A stretch of 64,000 bases of DNA, from positions 208,055-272,054 of the forward strand of contig CBDICI010000002.1 of the NCBI GenBank assembly GCA_965277345.1. The letters are read 5' to 3'. A model generated the notes under the pieces. The model was given only the letters and a program-made list of their open reading frames with translations. It made no database searches and had not been told where the DNA came from. The stretch is from Caulobacteraceae bacterium (GTDB lineage: Bacteria; Pseudomonadota; Alphaproteobacteria; Caulobacterales; Caulobacteraceae). Of the stretch, positions 1 through 10,093 are shown piece after piece. The translations under genes and the position numbers were made by a program. Numbering within the stretch: position 1 is the first letter of the stretch; each line of letters opens with the position of its first letter.

Positions 1-417
1 GTGAAGGGCCTGCGCGCCGGCGGCGATGACTACCTGACCAAGCCGTTCGCCTCGGAAGAGATGGCGGCGCGACTCGAAGTGCTGCTCCGCCGTCGGAGCG
101 CCGCGCCCGACCCGGTGGTGCGCCTCGGCGAGCTCGACGTGGATACGGCCAGGCATGTGGCGCGCCATCGCGGTGTCGATCTGGGCCTGATGCCGACGGA
201 GTTCAAGCTGTTGGAATACATGGTGCGCAACCCGGCGCAGATCCTGACCCGCACCATGATCTTCGAAGCCGTGTGGGGCTATCACTACGACCCCGGCACC
301 AACCTGATCGACGTCCATATCGCGCGGCTGCGACGCAAGCTCGAGGGGGCGGGTGCGCGGGCGAACGCGATCCAGACCATCCGGGGTTCAGGCTACCGGT
401 TCGATGCAGCTGCCTGA
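1..417 (+). CDS. OmpR/PhoB-family response regulator, C-terminal part (5' end outside window)
   Basis: ORF is open from the window edge. It carries a winged-helix output domain signature (YLTKPF, MPTEFKLLEYMVRNP, IQTIRGSGYRF). Confidence 0.9.
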   Translation: MKGLRAGGDDYLTKPFASEEMAARLEVLLRRRSAAPDPVVRLGELDVDTARHVARHRGVDLGLMPTEFKLLEYMVRNPAQILTRTMIFEAVWGYHYDPGTNLIDVHIARLRRKLEGAGARANAIQTIRGSGYRFDAAA

Positions 418-1762
418 CCTCTGGCGCACCACGGTCTTTCGCCTGACCCTGCTCTACGGCGCGGTGTTCGTGGTCGGCGCCGCGGCCCTGCTGGCGCTGG
501 TCTACGCCCAGACCGCCGGTCTTTTGTCGCACAATGTGGACCGCGCCATCGACGCCGGCATCGCCGACCTGCAGCGCGCCGACGCCGAGCATTTGCCACA
601 GCGCATCCAGGCCGGCGTGGCGGGGGATGTGCGCCGGCTGAACTATTACGGTCTCTATTCGAGAGACGGGGTGTTCATTACCGGCAACGTCCCGCACCTG
701 CCGCCGTCGGCGCTGCCGGATGGACCGGCGCGCGACCTCGGCGGTGGTTCGCAGCCCGACATCAGGGCGCGGGCGGTGACCTTGCCCTGGGGCGAGGTGC
801 TGCTGGTGGGCCGCGACATCTCCCAGCTCACCGGCCTGCGCGCCATCTTGCTGCAGGCCATGCTGATCTCCGGCTCGCTGGTGGTGGTGCTCGGCCTGGT
901 GCTGGGTTCGGCGTTGAGCGTGCGGCCGCTGCGCCGTCTGCAGGCGTTGCAGTCCACCAGCCAACGCATCACCCACGGCGACCTCTCCGCCCGCCTGCCG
1001 GTGAGCGGCGCGCGGGACGAACTCGACCTCCTCGCCGGCATCGTCAACGGCATGATCGCCGAGATCGAGCGGTTGCTGGAGGATGCGCGAAGCGTCGGCG
1101 ACACCCTGGCGCACGACCTTCGCACGCCGCTGACCCGGCTGCGCGCGCTGCTCTACCGGGTGCAGGAAGAGGCGCCGGAGGCCAGCCGGCCCATGGTGGA
1201 GCGTGCGTTGGCGGAGACCGACAGCGTCCTGGCCCGCTTCCGCGCCCTGCTCCGCATCGCCGAGATCGAGCGGCAGGCGAGGCGGTCGGGATTTCGCACC
1301 GTCGATCTGGGCGCCCTGGTCCGTCAGGCGGCGGAGCTGTACGAGCCCCTGGCCGAGGCGGCGGGCGTGACGCTGGCCATGCAGGTGGAGGCGGTCCCCT
1401 TCATCGAAGCGGACCCGGAACTGCTGTTCGAGGCCTTGAGCAACCTGATCGACAACGCCATCAAATTCACCCCCGCTGGCGGTCGGGTCGGCGTTCACCT
1501 GCGCATCGCGCCGGAGGGACCCCTCGTTGAGGTGATCGACGATGGTCCCGGCATCGCCCCGGAGGAACGCGACATGGTGCTGAACCGCTTTCACCGCGGC
1601 GCCAACGCCTCGGCTGTGCCGGGGTCGGGCCTTGGCCTCGCCATCGTCGCCGCGGTGACGCGGCTGCACGGTTTCGGCCTGACCATCGGTGATGCGGAGC
1701 CGGGATTCAAGGTCACGCTGACGTGCCGGGACGACGCCCCGGCGGCGGCCGTCCCGAGATGA
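404..1762 (+). CDS. Sensor histidine kinase (HAMP-HisKA-HATPase)
   Basis: ATG 404 overlaps the regulator stop by 14 nt. The protein has N-terminal TM segments, an H-box LAHDLRTPLTRL, and ATPase boxes NLIDNAIKFTP, DDGPGI and GSGLGLAIV. Confidence 0.9.
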   Translation: MQLPDLWRTTVFRLTLLYGAVFVVGAAALLALVYAQTAGLLSHNVDRAIDAGIADLQRADAEHLPQRIQAGVAGDVRRLNYYGLYSRDGVFITGNVPHLPPSALPDGPARDLGGGSQPDIRARAVTLPWGEVLLVGRDISQLTGLRAILLQAMLISGSLVVVLGLVLGSALSVRPLRRLQALQSTSQRITHGDLSARLPVSGARDELDLLAGIVNGMIAEIERLLEDARSVGDTLAHDLRTPLTRLRALLYRVQEEAPEASRPMVERALAETDSVLARFRALLRIAEIERQARRSGFRTVDLGALVRQAAELYEPLAEAAGVTLAMQVEAVPFIEADPELLFEALSNLIDNAIKFTPAGGRVGVHLRIAPEGPLVEVIDDGPGIAPEERDMVLNRFHRGANASAVPGSGLGLAIVAAVTRLHGFGLTIGDAEPGFKVTLTCRDDAPAAAVPR

Positions 1763-1854
1763 AAATCATTTCATCTTGGGGACAAGACGGCTTCATCCGT
1801 CTCCACCGATAAGCCGCCCCCGAGGCGCCCGGCCGCGCCTGTGGGAACGCCGCC

Positions 1855-4800
1855 ATGCTCGCCGTCGTCAAGCTCGCCCTGACACGCCCGTACACCTTCA
1901 TCGTGCTGGCCATACTGATCGTGATCATGGGGCCGCTGGCGGCGCTGAAGACGCCCACCGACATCTTCCCGGACATCCGCATCCCGGTGATCGCGGTGGT
2001 GTGGACCTATCGCGGGCTGCCGCCGGACGACATGGCCGGGCGGGTGATCTATTACTACGAACGCCAGCTCTCCACCGCCGTGAATGACATCGACCATGTG
2101 GAGAGCCAGTCGCTGAACGGCATCGGCATCGTGAAGATCTTCTTCCGGCCCGGCGTCGATATCCGCACCGCCACCGCCCAGGTCACCTCCGTCTCGCAGA
2201 CGGTGCTGAAGCAGATGCCGCCCGGCATCACCCCGCCGCTGATCCTTAACTACAACGCCTCCACCGTGCCGATCCTGCAGCTGGCCCTGTCGAGTCCGGT
2301 GCTGAGCGAGCAGAAGATCTTCGACCTCGGCCAGAACTTCATCCGCCCGGCCCTGGCCACGGTGCAGGGCACCGCCATCCCGTCGCCCTATGGCGGCAAG
2401 GAGCGGCAGATCCAGATCGACCTCGATCCCCAGGCGCTGGCGGCCAAGGGGCTATCGGCGGAGGACGTCTCCACCGCCATCGCCGCGCAGAACCAGATCG
2501 TGCCGGCCGGCTCCACCAAGATCGGCAGCTATGAATACAACATCAAGCTCAACGACAGCCCCGCGGCGGTGGAGTCGCTGAACGACCTGCCGATCAAGAC
2601 CGTCAACGGCGCGACCCTCTATATCCGTGACGTGGCCCACGTGCGCGACGGCTCGCCGCCGCAGCGCAATGTGGTGCGGGTGGACGGGCGGCGGGCGGTC
2701 TTGATGACGGTGCTGAAGTCGGGCTCAGCCTCGACCCTGTCCATCGTCGATGGGGTGAAGGCGCTGCTGCCGCGGCTGAAGGAGACGCTGCCACCATCAC
2801 TGCAGGTCAAGCCGATCGGCGACCAGTCGCTGTTCGTGAAGGCGGCGGTGGAGGGCGTGGTGCGCGAAGGGATCATCGCCGCCGCCCTGACCGCGGCGAT
2901 GATCCTGATCTTCCTCGGCAGCTGGCGTTCCACCGTCATCATCGCCCTGTCGATCCCGCTGGCCATCCTGGCCTCGCTGGCGGCGCTATCGGCGATGGGG
3001 CAGACGCTCAACATCATGACGCTGGGCGGGCTGGCGCTGGCGGTGGGCATCCTGGTGGACGACGCCACGGTGACCATCGAGAACATCAACTACCACCTGG
3101 AAAACGGCAAGAAGGTGCGCGACGCCATCCTGGATGGGGCGCAGCAGATCGTCGGGCCGGCCTTCGTCTCCCTGCTCTGCATCTGCATCGCCTTCGTGCC
3201 GATGTTCTTCCTCGGCGGCATCGCCGGTTTTCTGTTCGCGCCGATGGCCGAGGCGGTGGTGTTCGCCATGATCGCGTCGTTCGTGCTGTCGCGGACGCTG
3301 GTGCCGACGCTGGCCAACTACCTGCTGCGCGACCACGCCGCCGCGCACACGGTGGAGGCCATGACCACCCACGACGCGGAGGCCGGTCGCCGCCATCCCT
3401 CGCGCAACCCGCTGGTGCGGTTCCAGCACGGATTCGAGCAGCGCTTCGAGGCGGTCCGCGCCGGATATCGGGGTCTGCTGATCCTCGCCATCGCTAGGCG
3501 TCCGGTGTTTCTGATCGGCTTCATGGTGGTGGTGCTCGCCTCCTTCGCCCTGGCGCCGTTCCTTGGACGCAACTTCTTCCCGACGGTGGACGCCGGCACG
3601 ATCAGCCTGCACGTCCGCGCCCCGGTCGGCACCCGGATCGAGGAGACCGCCGCGCTGTTCGATCATATCGAGACGCGCATCCGCCAGGTGGTCCCGCCGA
3701 GCGAACTCGACTCCATCGTCGACAATATCGGCCTGCCGGTTTCCGGCACCAACCGCGCCTATTCCAATACCGGCGGGGTGGGTCCCCAGGACGGCGACAT
3801 CACCGTCACCCTGACCAAGGCCCACCATCCCACCGCGGCTTACGTGAAGGCGCTTCGGGCGACCCTGCCCGCTTCCTTCCCGGGATCGACCTTCTCGTTC
3901 CTGCCCGCCGACATCATCAGCCAGATCCTCAACTTCGGCGCGCCCGCCCCCATCGACGTGCAGGTGGCGGGACCCAGCGCCTCACAGAACGAAGCCTTCG
4001 CCGAAGCCCTGCTGCACAAGCTGCGCGCCATTCCGGGCATCGCCGACGTGCGCCTGCAGCAGTCCAGCCACTATCCCGAGTTCGCGGTGGACGTGGATCG
4101 CACCCGGGCCGACCAGCTCGGCGTCACCGAGCGCAACGTCACCAACAGCCTGGCCGCCAACCTGGCCGGCACCTTCCAGACCGCCCCGGCCTTCTGGCTG
4201 AACCCGAGGAACGGCGTGTCCTACCCCATCGTGGCGCAGACGCCGCAGTATCGGCTCGACACCCTGTCATCGATGGAGAACATCCCGGTCACCGGCAGTC
4301 GTCCGGGCGAGTCGCAGGTGCTGGGCGGCCTCTCCACCTTCCGTCGCCAGACGTCGGACGCGGTGGTGAGCCACTACGCCATCCAGCCGGCCTTCGACAT
4401 CTACGCCACCACCCAGGGCCGCGACCTCGGCGCGGTGGCCGGCGATATCCAGAGGGTGCTGAAGGCCGCCGAGAAGGATCGCCCGGCGGGCGCTACCGTC
4501 GCCCTGCGCGGCCAGGTGGAGACGATGAACTCGGCCTTTTCGGGCCTGTTCTTCGGCCTCGCCGGCGCCATCGTGCTGATCTACCTGCTGATCGTGGTCA
4601 ATTTCCAGAGCTGGACCGACCCGTTCGTCATCATCACCGCCCTGCCCGCCGCCCTGGCCGGCATCGTCTGGATGCTGTTCGCCACCGGCACGACCCTCAG
4701 CGTGCCCGCCCTTACCGGCGCCATCATGTGCATGGGTGTAGCCACGGCGAACAGCGTGCTGGTGGTGAGCTTCGCGCGCGAGCAACTGACCCTCACCGGC

Positions 4801-5079
4801 GATGCGACCCGCGCCGCCATCGAGGCCGGCTTCACGCGCTTTCGTCCGGTGCTGATGACCGCCCTGGCCATGATCATCGGCATGGCGCCCATGGCGCTCG
4901 GTCTCGGCGAGGGCGGCGAGCAGAATGCGCCGCTGGGCCGCGCCGTGATCGGCGGGCTTGTGTTCGCCACCATCGCCACCCTGTTCTTCGTGCCGGCCGT
5001 GTTCAGCCTGGCGCACCGCAAGAGCGCCGCCCCCGCGGCCGACCCATCCCGCTCCGGAGAGCCCGCCTATGGCTATTGA
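1855..5079 (+). CDS. RND efflux transporter permease subunit (AcrB/HAE family)
   Basis: 1074-aa ORF with typical RND N-terminus (LTRPYTFIVLAILIVIMG), two large periplasmic loops and 12 TM segments. Confidence 0.95.
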   Translation: MLAVVKLALTRPYTFIVLAILIVIMGPLAALKTPTDIFPDIRIPVIAVVWTYRGLPPDDMAGRVIYYYERQLSTAVNDIDHVESQSLNGIGIVKIFFRPGVDIRTATAQVTSVSQTVLKQMPPGITPPLILNYNASTVPILQLALSSPVLSEQKIFDLGQNFIRPALATVQGTAIPSPYGGKERQIQIDLDPQALAAKGLSAEDVSTAIAAQNQIVPAGSTKIGSYEYNIKLNDSPAAVESLNDLPIKTVNGATLYIRDVAHVRDGSPPQRNVVRVDGRRAVLMTVLKSGSASTLSIVDGVKALLPRLKETLPPSLQVKPIGDQSLFVKAAVEGVVREGIIAAALTAAMILIFLGSWRSTVIIALSIPLAILASLAALSAMGQTLNIMTLGGLALAVGILVDDATVTIENINYHLENGKKVRDAILDGAQQIVGPAFVSLLCICIAFVPMFFLGGIAGFLFAPMAEAVVFAMIASFVLSRTLVPTLANYLLRDHAAAHTVEAMTTHDAEAGRRHPSRNPLVRFQHGFEQRFEAVRAGYRGLLILAIARRPVFLIGFMVVVLASFALAPFLGRNFFPTVDAGTISLHVRAPVGTRIEETAALFDHIETRIRQVVPPSELDSIVDNIGLPVSGTNRAYSNTGGVGPQDGDITVTLTKAHHPTAAYVKALRATLPASFPGSTFSFLPADIISQILNFGAPAPIDVQVAGPSASQNEAFAEALLHKLRAIPGIADVRLQQSSHYPEFAVDVDRTRADQLGVTERNVTNSLAANLAGTFQTAPAFWLNPRNGVSYPIVAQTPQYRLDTLSSMENIPVTGSRPGESQVLGGLSTFRRQTSDAVVSHYAIQPAFDIYATTQGRDLGAVAGDIQRVLKAAEKDRPAGATVALRGQVETMNSAFSGLFFGLAGAIVLIYLLIVVNFQSWTDPFVIITALPAALAGIVWMLFATGTTLSVPALTGAIMCMGVATANSVLVVSFAREQLTLTGDATRAAIEAGFTRFRPVLMTALAMIIGMAPMALGLGEGGEQNAPLGRAVIGGLVFATIATLFFVPAVFSLAHRKSAAPAADPSRSGEPAYGY

Positions 5080-6256
5080 GACGCGCCCGCCGACCGGTGC
5101 GCCCGCGCCCGGTCACCTGAAATGGGTCGGCCTCGGCGCCCTTGGCGTCGCCGCCGGGGTGGTGGTCGCCGGCGTCCTCGGCCGCGCCCATGCGGAGCGC
5201 GACGTGAAGGGCTGGACGGAGGCGCAGGCCATCCCCACCGTCGCCTATGTGACCCCCACCGGCGCCGCGGCCGGCGGGGCGCTGTCGCTGCCGGGCACGC
5301 TGCAGGCGCTGAACGAGGCGCAGCTGTTCGCCCGCGTGCCGGGCTATGTGCACGCCTGGTACAAGGACATCGGCGCGCACGTGAAGAAGGGCGAGGCGCT
5401 GGCGCTGATCGATACGCCCGAGCTCGACCAGCAGATCGCCCAGGCCCGCGCCGATCTCGCCAACGCCACCGCCGCCCGCGCCCTGTCGCAGACCACCGCC
5501 GCGCGCTGGAGCCAGCTCCTGGCCGCTGACGCCGTATCCAAACAGGAAGCCGAGGAGAAGACCGGGGACCTGGCGGCCAAGACCGCGCTGGTCGCGGCCT
5601 CCCGCGCCAATCTGGATCGCCTGCTGGCGCAGAAGAACTTCGCCCGTATCACCGCGCCCTTCGATGGGGTGGTGACGGGCCGCACCGCCGAGATCGGGGC
5701 CCTGGCCAATGCCGGAACAGGGGGGGCGCCCCTGTTCACCGTCGCGGATATCAGCCGCATCCGCGCCTATGTCCGCGTGCCGCAGTCCTATTCGGCGGCG
5801 ATCCGGCCCGGCCTGCAGGTGCAGCTCACCCTGCCGGAATATCCGGGGCGCAGCTTCCCGGCGGCGCTCGACTCCACCTCCAACGCCATCAGCCAGCAGT
5901 CGGGCACCCTGCTGGTGGAGCTGGTCGCCGCCAATCCGGGCGGGGCGCTCAAGCCCGGCGCCTTCGCCCAGGCCAGCTTCGCCCTGCCCAAGGGGGCCAG
6001 CGCCGCACAGGGCCTGCCGGCCAGCACCCTGATCTTCCGCGCCAAAGGCCTGCAGGTGGCGACCGTGGGGGCCAACAACCACATCCACATGAAGCCGGTC
6101 GTCATCGCCGAGGATCTCGGCCCCACGGTGGAGATCGCCTCCGCCCTGGCGCCCACCGACCGTGTGGTGGACAATCCGCCGGACTCGCTGGCCGAAGGCG
6201 ATCTCGTCCGCATCGCCGGCGCGCAGCAGACGGGAGCCCAGCGTGCGGCGCGCTAG
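5069..6256 (+). CDS. RND efflux periplasmic adaptor (MFP/HlyD family)
   Basis: ATG 5069 overlaps the RND stop by 11 nt. The protein has an N-terminal anchor, a coiled-coil region ([16 protein letters not shown]) and a barrel-sandwich motif ([10 protein letters not shown]). Confidence 0.9.
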   Translation: MAIETRPPTGAPAPGHLKWVGLGALGVAAGVVVAGVLGRAHAERDVKGWTEAQAIPTVAYVTPTGAAAGGALSLPGTLQALNEAQLFARVPGYVHAWYKDIGAHVKKGEALALIDTPELDQQIAQARADLANATAARALSQTTAARWSQLLAADAVSKQEAEEKTGDLAAKTALVAASRANLDRLLAQKNFARITAPFDGVVTGRTAEIGALANAGTGGAPLFTVADISRIRAYVRVPQSYSAAIRPGLQVQLTLPEYPGRSFPAALDSTSNAISQQSGTLLVELVAANPGGALKPGAFAQASFALPKGASAAQGLPASTLIFRAKGLQVATVGANNHIHMKPVVIAEDLGPTVEIASALAPTDRVVDNPPDSLAEGDLVRIAGAQQTGAQRAAR

Positions 6257-7670
6257 TCCGCCTGCACCGTTGCTGGGGGCGGCGCTTCTCGGCGCGCTGC
6301 TGGCCAGTTGCTCCTTCGCGCCGCCCTACCAGGTTCCGCCGACGCCGACGGTGACGGCGTTCAAGGAGGCCGGCCCCTGGACCCTCGCCCAGCCCGCCGA
6401 CGCCATGCCGAAGGGACCGTGGTGGACCGTGTTCGACGATCCGGCGCTCAGCGACCTTGAGGCGCGGCTGGATCGGGCCAACCCCACGCTGGCGGAAGCC
6501 TTGTCCCGCTATGACCAGGCCCGCGCCTATTATGGCGAGGCGCAATCGGTGCTGCTGCCCCGGATCGGCGCGGGCGGCTACGTCACCGATAACCGGCAAT
6601 CGGATCACCGCCCCCTGCGCGGCTCCAACCAGCCCGACGACTACGCCGCCAATTCGCTTGCCTTGCAGATCGACTACGAGCTCGACCTGTGGGGTCGGGT
6701 GCGCAACCTCGTGGCCGCCGGCAAGGCCGAGGTCGAGGCCACCCGGTCCGACACCGAGAACGTCCGCCTGAGCCTGGAGGCCCAGTTGGCCGACGCCTAT
6801 CTGCGGCTGCGGGGCCTGGACGTGCAGGCGGGCCTGCTTCGCGACGCCGTCGGCGCCTATCAGCGGGCGTTGACCCTGACCGAGGCCCGGCACAGCGGCG
6901 GCGCGTCCTCCGAGATCGACGTGGAGCGCGCCAGCACCCAGCTCGACAGCGCCCGCGCCCAGGTGTCCGACATCGCCGCCTCCCGTGCACTCTATGAGCA
7001 CGCCATCGCCAGCCTGATCGGTGAGCCCGCCTCGACCTTCGGCCTCGCCCCCGCCGCCACCGAGCCGCGCCTGCCGCACATTCCGCTCGGCGTGCCGTCG
7101 GACCTGTTGCAGCGGCGGCCGGACATCGCCGCCGCCGAGCGCCGCGTGGCCGCCGCCAATGCGCAGATCGGCGTGGCCCGCGCTGCCTTCTTCCCCTCGA
7201 TCACGCTCGACGGCGTGCGCGGCTTTCAGAACACCGGCGCCAACGACTTCTTCGGCAGCGGCAACAGTTTCTGGATGCTGGGCCCCAACCTGGCGCTGAC
7301 CCTGTTCGACGGGGGCCGCCGCCGCGCCGTGGTCGCCGCAGCAAACGCCGCGCGCGAGATCGCCGCCGACGCCTATCGCGCCCGCGTGCTGTCCGCCTTC
7401 CAGGACGTGGAGGACAATCTTGCGCTCCTCAACCATCTGGCGGTGGAGGGAGACGACCAGGCGCGGGCCGTCGCCTCCGCCGGCCGCACCGAGCAGCTGG
7501 CGCTGGCGCGCTATCGGGCCGGCGCGGTCACCTATCTGGAGGTGGTCACCGCCCAGACCGCCGCGCTGCAGGCGCGCCGCGCCGCCGCCGACGTGGGCGA
7601 GCGACGCCTGTCCGCCAGCGTCCGCCTGATCCGCGCCCTGGGCGGCGGCTGGAACGGCTCGGCGGCATAG
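6243..7670 (+). CDS. Efflux outer-membrane factor lipoprotein (NodT/OprM family)
   Basis: GTG 6243 overlaps the adaptor stop by 14 nt. The protein has a lipobox LLAS-C and a duplicated OMF repeat architecture. Confidence 0.9.
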   Translation: MRRASPPAPLLGAALLGALLASCSFAPPYQVPPTPTVTAFKEAGPWTLAQPADAMPKGPWWTVFDDPALSDLEARLDRANPTLAEALSRYDQARAYYGEAQSVLLPRIGAGGYVTDNRQSDHRPLRGSNQPDDYAANSLALQIDYELDLWGRVRNLVAAGKAEVEATRSDTENVRLSLEAQLADAYLRLRGLDVQAGLLRDAVGAYQRALTLTEARHSGGASSEIDVERASTQLDSARAQVSDIAASRALYEHAIASLIGEPASTFGLAPAATEPRLPHIPLGVPSDLLQRRPDIAAAERRVAAANAQIGVARAAFFPSITLDGVRGFQNTGANDFFGSGNSFWMLGPNLALTLFDGGRRRAVVAAANAAREIAADAYRARVLSAFQDVEDNLALLNHLAVEGDDQARAVASAGRTEQLALARYRAGAVTYLEVVTAQTAALQARRAAADVGERRLSASVRLIRALGGGWNGSAA

Positions 7671-7875
7671 CGGCGGCGGCGGTGGGCGACGCGTTCTCGC
7701 CCAGCCCCACGACCGTTCGCTGGTTTGAGTCCCCATCCGGTTGATGCAGCTGATTGTCGAAGGCCTGCCTTTCGAGAGCGGGGTGGATATTGGCCGTGAG
7801 GCGGTTGGCTCTTTGTCGAAAGCGTGCTCCCCAAGATTGGGTCCGGTGTCGACTAGGCGTGGCGCGCCGAGGTTG

Positions 7876-8484
7876 TCACGACACTCCGCCGCCGTAACGC
7901 CAAATCCAGCCGGCGAAGAGCAGGCCCATGGCCGCCAGCCAGCTCCCCGCGACGCGGACGGCGACGATCGGCCAAAATCGCCGCACTCGAAGCGTCAGCG
8001 AGGCCGCAAGCGCGAAGACCACAAACGCGGACGCCGCCATGCCGACCACGCTTAGCAGTCCACCGGTGTCTCCGGCGCCGTCTGCACAGCCGCGCAGGCC
8101 GCCGGCAAGGACGGCGATCATTGCACACACGGCAGCGGCGGTGGAGGCGTTGCTCGCCAGCAGGGCGCCGATGCCGATCATCAACGCCGCCGTCAGCGGT
8201 GCATAGGCGACGTCCAGCCGCCCGGGTCCGATCGCCGCGCCGGCCACCCCGCCCAAAATCCACGCCGCCGTCAGCGCCATCAACGACCAGCGCGCATGAC
8301 GGGGACCCTGCAAGCCCGCGTACAAGGCGAGTGCAGCCGTCGGCAAGCTGTCCTCGGCGCTGAAGGCGAAATGAACGATGCCGTCATAGACCGGGCCCAT
8401 GCCCGTGACGACCAGATGGGCTTGTGCGGCGTGCGGCGCGAGAGCGAGGCCAGCGGCGAGCAGAAGGGGGAGTCGCCGCCTCAT
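7876..8484 (-). CDS. Divergent HupE/UreJ-like membrane protein (signature histidines missing)
   Basis: ATG 8484 forms an ATGA overlap with the upstream gene stop. The protein has a signal peptide (LALAPHAAQA-H) and about 5 further TM segments. Topology matches HupE, but the HPxxGxDH and FHGxAHG motifs are absent. Confidence 0.6.
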   Translation of the reverse strand: MRRRLPLLLAAGLALAPHAAQAHLVVTGMGPVYDGIVHFAFSAEDSLPTAALALYAGLQGPRHARWSLMALTAAWILGGVAGAAIGPGRLDVAYAPLTAALMIGIGALLASNASTAAAVCAMIAVLAGGLRGCADGAGDTGGLLSVVGMAASAFVVFALAASLTLRVRRFWPIVAVRVAGSWLAAMGLLFAGWIWRYGGGVS

Positions 8485-9086
8485 GCGAAGGCCCGCAGCA
8501 AAAAGTAGGCGCCGCCGCAGGCGATGGCGCCGCCGACCCCTTGCAAAGCGATCCGTCCGGCCCGCCAACGATGGATCAGGCCGATGGCGATGCCGGTGGC
8601 GTGCAGCAGGCCCGTCGCCAGCACAAAGCCCGCGCTATAGAGGAGCGCGTTCTGGCGAGGCGGCAGCTCCGCCCCGTGGGCGTAACCGTGGAACAGGCCG
8701 AATAGGCCGACCATGGTCATGGCGAGCGGCAAGGCGGGACGCCACGCGAAGGCGATGGCGCCGCCGAGGCAGAGGCCCGAAAGCGCGATGGCGATCTCGC
8801 TGCCGGGCAAGGGCAAGCCGATCAGCCCGATGAACCCGCCCACGGCCATGATGAGCGGGAAGGTGAGCGGCAGGAGCCATAGGGCCGGCCGCCCCAGTTG
8901 AGCGCCCCAGATGCCCACCGCCACCATGGCGATGATGTGATCGAGCCCGGAAATCGGGTGCCTAAAGCCGCTGACGAAGCCTATCGCCTCGCCGCCCACA
9001 ATGTGCGCCAGGGCGATCTGCGGCGCGCCCGCCGCCAGCACCACGGCGCCCACCGTCAGGCCAGGCTTCTGCCCGGAGCGCGTCAT
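8481..9086 (-). CDS. HupE/UreJ family metal (Ni/Co-type) permease
   Basis: 201 aa with a signal peptide ending ALA-H and the signature motifs HPISGLDH and FHGYAHG. There are ATGA overlaps at both ends. Confidence 0.8.
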   Translation of the reverse strand: MTRSGQKPGLTVGAVVLAAGAPQIALAHIVGGEAIGFVSGFRHPISGLDHIIAMVAVGIWGAQLGRPALWLLPLTFPLIMAVGGFIGLIGLPLPGSEIAIALSGLCLGGAIAFAWRPALPLAMTMVGLFGLFHGYAHGAELPPRQNALLYSAGFVLATGLLHATGIAIGLIHRWRAGRIALQGVGGAIACGGAYFLLRAFA

Positions 9087-10093
9087 CCACCGGCCCCGAA
9101 AACGGCGAGGCCGTATTGGAACGTCCAGGCGGCGCCGAGAATGCCGATGAGATAGGTCGGCGCCATCGCGAAGGGCCGCGGCAAGGTCAGGGCCATCAGG
9201 CGGAATGCGCGATCCAGAGCGAGGATGAGCGCGATGAACGCCAATTGGCCGATCTCCACGCCGAGGTTGAACACGATGAGCGCGCCGGCCAGCGCGCCGG
9301 TTTCCAGTCCAAGCGCGCGCAGTCCGCCGGCGAAGCCCAGCCCATGCAGCAGGCCGAAGACGAAGGCGACCGTCCACGGGTGTCGGATGGTGAGGCTCGT
9401 CTCGCCTCGGCGAGCGCGGACGATCTCCGGCGCGAGGAAAAGGATGGAAAGCGCGATCAGTGTGTTGAGCAGCGATATCGGCAAGCTGATCAGCCCGAAG
9501 GTCGCTGCGGCGAGGGTGAGCGAGTGTGCGGCCGTGAAGGCGGTGACGGTCTTGACCAGCGCCCACCGATCCTTGACCAGCAACATCAGCCCGAGCACGA
9601 ACAGAAGGTGATCTGGGCCGGTCAGGATATGCTGGACGCCGAGGCGCAGGAACGCGATCGCCCCCATGCCGACGCCGCTTTCGAGGGTAATCTCGAGCGA
9701 CGGCGCCTCGGGACGCAACACGCCGTCCATGGCTTGGTCGTGCCGCAATCGTATCCGGACGAACACGTCGGTGATGGTGTCCGCCAGGCCTTCCACGCTC
9801 ACCGTACGCCCGGCCAGTGGGGCGGGGCTGGTGGTGTCGATGCTCCAGGTGCGGATCAGATAACCCGGCGCTGCGAATTGGTCCGCCGGCGCGCGCTCCA
9901 GCCAACCGTTGGACAGGTGGGGCGCAAGATGGATGGCGACGTCGCCGAGTGTGGGTTGCTTCCAGACGATCCGATAGGTGGTCGCCCCCGTCTGATCGAT
10001 CTCGAGATAGGCGGGCCGCACCTCGTGCGCCGCGGCCGCGCCGACGAAGAGCAAGGCGATCAGCGAAAGGAAAATCAGCAACGTCCCCTTCAT
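9083..10093 (-). CDS. HupE/UreJ_2-type membrane protein with N-terminal periplasmic domain
   Basis: ATG 10093 (MKGTLLIFLSL signal) overlaps the PPIase stop. A soluble N-domain of about 130 aa is followed by a TM core with HILTGPDH and LLHGLGFAG motifs. Confidence 0.7.
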   Translation of the reverse strand: MKGTLLIFLSLIALLFVGAAAAHEVRPAYLEIDQTGATTYRIVWKQPTLGDVAIHLAPHLSNGWLERAPADQFAAPGYLIRTWSIDTTSPAPLAGRTVSVEGLADTITDVFVRIRLRHDQAMDGVLRPEAPSLEITLESGVGMGAIAFLRLGVQHILTGPDHLLFVLGLMLLVKDRWALVKTVTAFTAAHSLTLAAATFGLISLPISLLNTLIALSILFLAPEIVRARRGETSLTIRHPWTVAFVFGLLHGLGFAGGLRALGLETGALAGALIVFNLGVEIGQLAFIALILALDRAFRLMALTLPRPFAMAPTYLIGILGAAWTFQYGLAVFGAGG

